Of a stretch of 64,000 nucleotides of DNA, positions 57,125 through 64,000 are shown piece after piece; positions within the stretch are counted from its first letter, which is position 1; each line of letters begins with the position of its first letter. The notes beneath the pieces were generated by a model. It was not told where the DNA came from and searched no databases. It saw nothing but the letters and a program-made list of their open reading frames with translations. Both the position numbers and the translations under genes were made by a program. This stretch comes from the human T2T-CHM13v2.0 reference genome, Homo sapiens: NCBI RefSeq assembly GCF_009914755.1, contig NC_060941.1; one strand, given 5' to 3'.

Positions 57125-57519
57125 GTGGCCTGACCACACTGCTCACACTTGGATGGGGGGAGCCACTCCAGCGGGGAGTAAGGTGGCCTGACCACTGCTC
57201 ACACTTGGATTGTGGGAGCCGCTGCAGCAGGGAGTGAGGTGGCCTGACCACTGCTCACACTTGGATTGTGGGAGCCGCTGCAGCAGGGAGTGAGGTGGCC
57301 TGACCACTGCTGACACTTGGATTGGGAGGAGCCGCTGCAGCAGGGAGTGAGGTGGCCTGACCACTGCTGACACTTGGATTGTGGGAGCCGCTGCAGCAGG
57401 GAGTGAGGTGGCCTGACCACTGCTGACACTTGGATGGGGGGAGCCGCTGCAGCAGGGAGTGAGGTGGCCTGACCACTGCTCACACTTGGATGGGGGGAGC
57501 TGCTCCAGCAGGGAGGGAG
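57125..57519 (+). repeat. Tandem repeat, 56-bp unit x 7, in MINK1 intron 2
   Basis: Units start at 57125, 57183, 57239, 57295, 57352, 57408, 57464; consensus GTGGCCTGACCACTGCTCACACTTGGATTGTGGGAGCCGCTGCAGCAGGGAGTGAG. Confidence 0.96.
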
Positions 57520-58524
57520 GATGCTCAGGGTGAATGCTGCCTCTGACTGGAGCCCCCTGGGGCCCGTGGCTTTTTCATCTCCAGACAGAGTGCTTGATAC
57601 TGTCACAAGTCTCTTCTACATCTCTAGCCCCGTGTTTCCTGTGTCGCTGAGACCACCTGCCTTTCTCTTACACTCCTTCTCTTGCAAACTTTGGGGAAAC
57701 AGGCACCCCACCCGCAATCTCTTGCCTTGTTGTTGCCATGGGAATAGTGGTGCCATGTGCTCCTGCGTCTCTGGGCTTGGGGTCTTGAATGGCTGAGGAT
57801 AAAAATTACCCATGGGCTGGCAAAGCCAGTCCATCCCCATGAGGGGCCACCTTCCTCCATCCTGCTCGTCCCCAGGAAGCCTTTGGGCATTCCTCTCCAA
57901 GCCTTAGATGCTCCCACTGGGAATTTCAGAAGGATGTTGGGGGAGGAGGGCAATGGCTGGGGACACACTCAAGAAGAGGAAGTTTCTTCCCACTAGGGCT
58001 GGTGACAGGAGCATTAGCACATGTCGGCGGGCCCCTCTGTGTTTCTCTGAGTTCCCTAAAATCTCAGCTCTGTCTCTGTTCTTTCCCTATCGACAAGAAT
58101 AAAAAGCTTTGTGGGTGAAGTTGATTCTGGGAGAGGCCTCCTGTCCAGAGTTGGTGAGTCAGGAAAGCACTGCAGCATTTTCTCTTGCTTAGGAGAAGAG
58201 GGTGAGGCAAAGCCCCTCCCTCCCTAGCCTCCTTCTCCTACTGCCTCCATCCTCCGTTAGGGTGGAGAAGTATCTTTCACGCGCTGCTCTAACTTTCAGA
58301 CTGTAGAAAGTCCAAGCCAGAGAGGCTGGAACAGAACATAAATGTTTCTCCCTCATCTGTCTTGAGTTTTTATGGGAGGAGACCCTTCGCCTTTATTGAG
58401 CCTGTAACTTGGAAGTCCACTGTAGGTGGTTTTTCTGTTGGCCATGATGGCTCAGGAGCGCTCTCTGTCCACTCCCATGAGCAGCACATTCACTGAGGTG
58501 TGTAGCCACAATGAGGGGTACTTG

Positions 58525-59157
<633 letters not shown>

Positions 59158-59221
59158 CTAGAGTCAAGCCCTCTCTACGCTCCACCCTCTGCGCATAGAC
59201 TCAGATCCCTCTGTCCCGCAG

Positions 59222-59278
59222 GGTCGGCATGTCAAGACGGGGCAGCTGGCTGCCATCAAGGTCATGGATGTCACGGAG
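59222..59278 (+). CDS. MINK1: MINK1 exon 3, GRHVKTGQLAAIKVMDVTE (catalytic Lys54)
   Basis: Acceptor tcccgcag|GGT, donor GAG|gtaggg; 57 nt; the AAIK lysine falls at residue 54. Confidence 0.97.
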
Positions 59279-59369
59279 GTAGGGAGTGGAGCTGGGCAGT
59301 GGGAGGGTCGGACCAGCGAGAAGGGAGTGTTGGGGGAGTCTCAGGGCTCAGCTCCTCCCATCTGCTTAG

Positions 59370-59555
<186 letters not shown>

Positions 59556-60817
59556 TAGGACTCAGTATCAGTGCCCAGCATCTCTCCTTGCCAGCTACCC
59601 TCCCTCCGGTCTACCCAGCCTCCCCTGTCCCTGGACCCAGAGGGGCCTCCTGCCTCATGGATGGCCCCGCACTCCAGCCCCCATGAACTGCAGCATCTCA
59701 TCCTTTGAGTGTTTTGTGGGGAGGGGTCCTGGCGTTTGCCCCAACCCTTCCCCTAACCAGTGTCTCACACTGTGCGATCGGCTCTTAATAAATAAATATA
59801 ATCCTGGCAAAGGGGAGAGAGACCGTGGGGAGGCCGTCCATCCATTTTCCTGCCTTTGAGCACAGCTCCTGGGAAAGCAACAGAACCAAAATATTTGTGG
59901 GAGATAACAGGGCCCAGACCCTTCCCAGAACCCCAGATGCTACAGAGCACCCAGCCCTTCTGGGTCATCATTCAAAACAGAGCCTGCTGCAGAGCTTGGG
60001 GCCTCCCCCAAATTCCTCCTGCCTGGCCCAGAACATTCCTAAGAGTCATTCCCCTCCCTAGCCTGGGCACTGGTGCTGACATGTTCCCCCAGCCTCACCC
60101 TTTGTGGTACTGAGCCCAGTCCCTGAGGATGGAGCAGCAGGGAGTGTGGCAATGGCTGTCGGGAGTTTTGGCGCTGACGCCAGGTCTCCCCTCCCAACAG
60201 CCATTCAGAGAAGCACTTACTAAGCACTTCTGTATACTCTGTATAGATGAGCATGAGCCATGGTCCTGGCCTCCAAGGCCCTTTGGCTTTTTGGGAACAC
60301 ACACACTCATGCACACAAAGAAAGGGAGAAAGGTGACAGGGAGGTCTACCTGCCAGGTGTGTGTGGTGGAGATCGCGGCAGGCTAGAGGCATTAGTGGCC
60401 GGGCGCCCCCTTCTGGACCTGTTGGGCACAGGTCCTCCCCTCCTCTCACTGTGCTCTGCTCTCCAAGGAATAGGCACATGCAAATTACTTTTATTGCATA
60501 TGCAAATATATGTGTCCACCCAACCTTTTCCTGCATTGGATGTGGCTTTTAGTGAAAACTTGGACAAGCATGCTGATTTCCAGGAAGACTGGTTGGAGCC
60601 ATCTTCTCTGCCTGCGGGTCTCAGCTGCTCTCCCTGGGAGGTGCAGACCCAGAGCCCTCCTCATCTCCTGGCCTTGTTACTCTCTGTGCTGGAGGAGTTT
60701 CTCTCAGGGTCTTCCCAGGTTCCCTGTTGCAGCTGTCGAGGTAGACCCTATGCAATCTTTATGTCTCTAGCAGACCTAGAGAATCACTAATTCTTAGCCC
60801 CCTTTCTGCTTCTAAGT

Positions 60818-62472
<1,655 letters not shown>

Positions 62473-62599
62473 TAGCTCATACCAGTTCTAACCCCAAGGT
62501 CTCTTATCCTCCTCCAGGAGTCTAGCAGGGGATTGGGGCAGGGGTGGGAGGGCTTGTCTGACTGATACTTTTCCTTTCGGTACCTTCCTGGGATCCTAG

Positions 62600-62974
<375 letters not shown>

Positions 62975-62977
62975 TGA

Positions 62978-63400
<423 letters not shown>

Positions 63401-63664
63401 TGAAAATCCCTCAGGAAGCTCTTCACCTGTCACCTGTTACGGGCCAGGTGCTCTGCAGGTTGCTCTGGGGAGATGGGATCTGATGGCCCTCCTGCCTGGG
63501 ATGCTGTCCGTGATCCTTTTACCTGGGTTTTTCTCTAAGATGCTGGAAGATGGAATCGGGTTCTTCAGGATGGTGGTGGGGTAAAGGAGGGTGCTGGGGT
63601 GTCTGGGTCGGGCCAGGACCACAGCTGGCTCAGGCAAGTCCTGTGTGTGCACGCAGGGATGTGA

Positions 63665-63949
<285 letters not shown>

Positions 63950-64000
63950 TGATGTTAGCAGTGAGGGGCTGGGGAACATCTTACGGCAAGGCAAGTGTGG

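Noticed and set aside
57125-57519. CTCF site array in the 56-bp repeat (GCAGCAGGGAGTG)
   Set aside because: Several mismatches at core positions of the CTCF consensus; not supportable without ChIP data.

Overview
This is human genomic DNA (Alu-dense primate sequence), recognisable as the PLD2-MINK1 region, which from recall is 17p13.2. On the + strand it holds the last coding exon and 3' UTR of PLD2 (500-724, AATAAA at 1272), a ~9.5 kb intergenic stretch that is mostly Alu, the MINK1 CpG-island promoter, and MINK1 coding exons 1-7 (codons 1-213, kinase domain up to just past the activation loop). Intron 1 is 45.3 kb. It carries an antisense processed ATP6V0C retrocopy that still has an open 205-codon frame, a 1.4 kb G-rich 17-bp minisatellite with about 70 RUNX consensus sites, and 51-bp and 80-bp tandem repeats; intron 2 has a 56-bp repeat. 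The best leads are the open retrocopy with the catalytic Glu changed to Lys, the RUNX/G4 array, an Alu fused to an mRNA 3' end (NOP56-like), a uORF in the MINK1 leader, Alu-bracketed phase-0 exons that could form a stop-free circRNA, paired RFX X-boxes, a POU motif cluster and a fossil inversion. No database search was run: gene and repeat identities come from recall of known sequences, and repeat boundaries are approximate. None of these leads is demonstrated to be a new biological system.
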